Position numbers and translations under genes: made by a program. A stretch of DNA of 56,923 nt, from NCBI GenBank assembly GCA_963575745.1, contig CAUYUJ010000054.1, forward strand, positions 62,001 through 118,923, read 5' to 3'. This document shows positions 55,251 to 56,923 of the stretch, one piece after another (within the stretch, counting starts at the first letter, position 1; each line of letters begins with the position of its first letter). Source of the DNA: Prorocentrum cordatum (lineage: Eukaryota). The notes under the pieces were generated by a model, which did no database searches, had not been told where the DNA came from, and saw nothing but the letters and a program-made list of their open reading frames with translations.

Positions 55251-56238
55251 GGGGACGTAACTGGAGGAACCGCGGGGCGGATATTGGGGGAACCGCCCAG
55301 GGCGCTTTCCACTGCCCGGCCCCTGTAGGCCCAAAGAGTAAGAACCCCTCTAGGCAGAGCCTAGGTGGGGAACAAGCACTGGGCGGATAACCTTAGCTTT
55401 GGTGGGGATGGGGTGGGGAAGAGTTGTTTTCAATGCAACAGGAGCTTATGTGGTGCATGCCACGTGGTGCCATCACTTTCGCCGTGAGCTGCCACCCCCA
55501 GCGTTCGCGCAAACATCCCGCCCTCCCACCCGCAACTTGTTCGGCAAAAGCCATGATGCCACGGCTTTGGCTCCCGATTGCTAACGCGTTTCGGAGGCCG
55601 CACAAGCGTGCGATCACTCGCAAGTCGGTTGGGTGGTTTGGTACACCTGATGCGGCCGCGGACGCGAGCGCGTCTCACAGGCCGCGCTTTCGCGCGGGCG
55701 CTCCAGTGCCAGTCGGTGATTTAGGCGGGCGCGATATCATGATGAGGCCGACAACAGCGGAAACGGTGATGATGATAACGGTGGTGGTGGCGATGGTGGC
55801 GACGACGGCAAGACCAATGAGGGCACCGAAGTTGGCGACGACGATGACGATGATGATTTCCATGTGTCGATTACGAAGGGGATTGTGAGGATGATGGCCG
55901 CAATGGCGGCGATTGACGGTGACGATATCGGCGATGATCCGATGGCGTTGGGGATGGTGATGGAGGGTTGCGCGCGCGGGAATGTAAGAAATCTGGCATT
56001 CGCAGGATTTCGACACGCTCGCGTGGCGGCGTGCGCGTGTAACCCGTATGGCTTTATGTAATACGAATGCGGGCTTTTGGGCGCATGCTAGATCAACGCG
56101 CGTGCACCGCGTGGTGAGGTGCAAATTCGGTTTGAATGCGATATTGAACTAGTTTCAACACGTGCGCGCGGGCAGAACATTTGCATGGTTTTGATGGAAC
56201 ACTAACGGCGCTTATATGGGCCGAGTTTTTTTTTTTTT

Positions 56239-56923
56239 ACCTAACAGCGAAGACTGATAGGTTTCTAGTGGTCTCAAAAGAGCTCACAGATCACTCCACA
56301 GGGGGGTCCGGGCAGGTGTTGGGGCGTTTCCGGGCGGCATGAGCCGGGCTCGTTTTTCACCAACAGTCACACACTTCGTGCTCTTCGCCTTCCCAGAACT
56401 CCATTCCCAGGCCACATTCTGGGGGGCCGGATGCAACAGTCACACACAAAGTGCTCTTCGACATCCCAGAACGCCATTCCCGGGCCACATTCTGGGGGGC
56501 CGGATGCAACAGTCACACACTTCGTGCTCTTCGAGTTCCCAGAACGCCATTCCCGGGCCACATTGTGGATGCCCGGAGCCAACTGTAGGCCACTTCGTGC
56601 TCTTCTATTTCCCAGAACTCCATTCCCGGGCCACATTTTGAATGCCCGGAGCCAACTGTAGGCCACTTCGTGCTATTCTATTTCCCAGAACTCCATTCCC
56701 GGGCCACATTTTGAATGCCCGGAGCCAACTGTAGGCCACTTCGTGGTCTTCGAGTCCCCAGAACTCCATTCCCGGGCCACATTTGGAATGCCCGGAGCCA
56801 ACTGTAGGCCACTTCGTGTTCTTCGAGTTCCCAGAACTCCATTCCTGGGCCACATTTTGAATGCCCGGAGCCAACTCTAGGCCACTTCGTGCTCTTCGAG
56901 TTCCCAGAACTCCATTCCCGGGC
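56239..56923 (+). mobile_element. Family 2 element, third (diverged) copy running off the window end
   Basis: T-run|ACCTAACAGCG..CTGATAGGT hairpin, followed by the same 73-bp satellite (CACTTCGTGCTCTTCG..CCCAGAACTCCATTCCCGGGCCACATT). Confidence 0.75.

Larger units (their letters stand above)
53599..55370 (-). mobile_element. Non-autonomous Helentron/DINE-1-like element, family 3 (microsatellite cargo)
   Basis: Minus strand starts TT|CCCCACCTAGG-CTCTG-CCTAGAGGGG hairpin at 55370. Interior on + is (ACATCT)n, (CTATG)n and (GCTAA)n. 3' end is CCTAGATAGGG (9/11 to the subTIR) + TCGCACT + GGGATAA|TT. Confidence 0.6.

Overview
Repeat-rich, GC-rich eukaryotic genomic DNA with a 100-N assembly gap at 11182-11281. 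Short exons with GC splice donors, long microsatellites and CTTGG-rich repeats suggest a dinoflagellate (inference only). Almost all ORFs in the track are artefacts of simple repeats. The main feature is an apparently complete, very young 10.35-kb tyrosine-recombinase (DIRS-order) retrotransposon at 37682-48034. It has Ngaro/PAT-style split direct repeats (A1-ORF-B1-A2-B2, copies identical) and is inserted at a GATG core inside a (GAT)n microsatellite. Its single 3192-codon ORF encodes reverse transcriptase, RNase H, an unexpected DnaJ-type J-domain with an intact HPD motif, and a tyrosine recombinase with an atypical active site. The window also holds three sequence-unrelated families of non-autonomous elements with one Helentron/DINE-1-like terminal design, which appear to carry satellites. 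Other features are elements bounded by (GTT)n, several MITEs, and candidate host exons, one encoding a ubiquitin-interacting motif.
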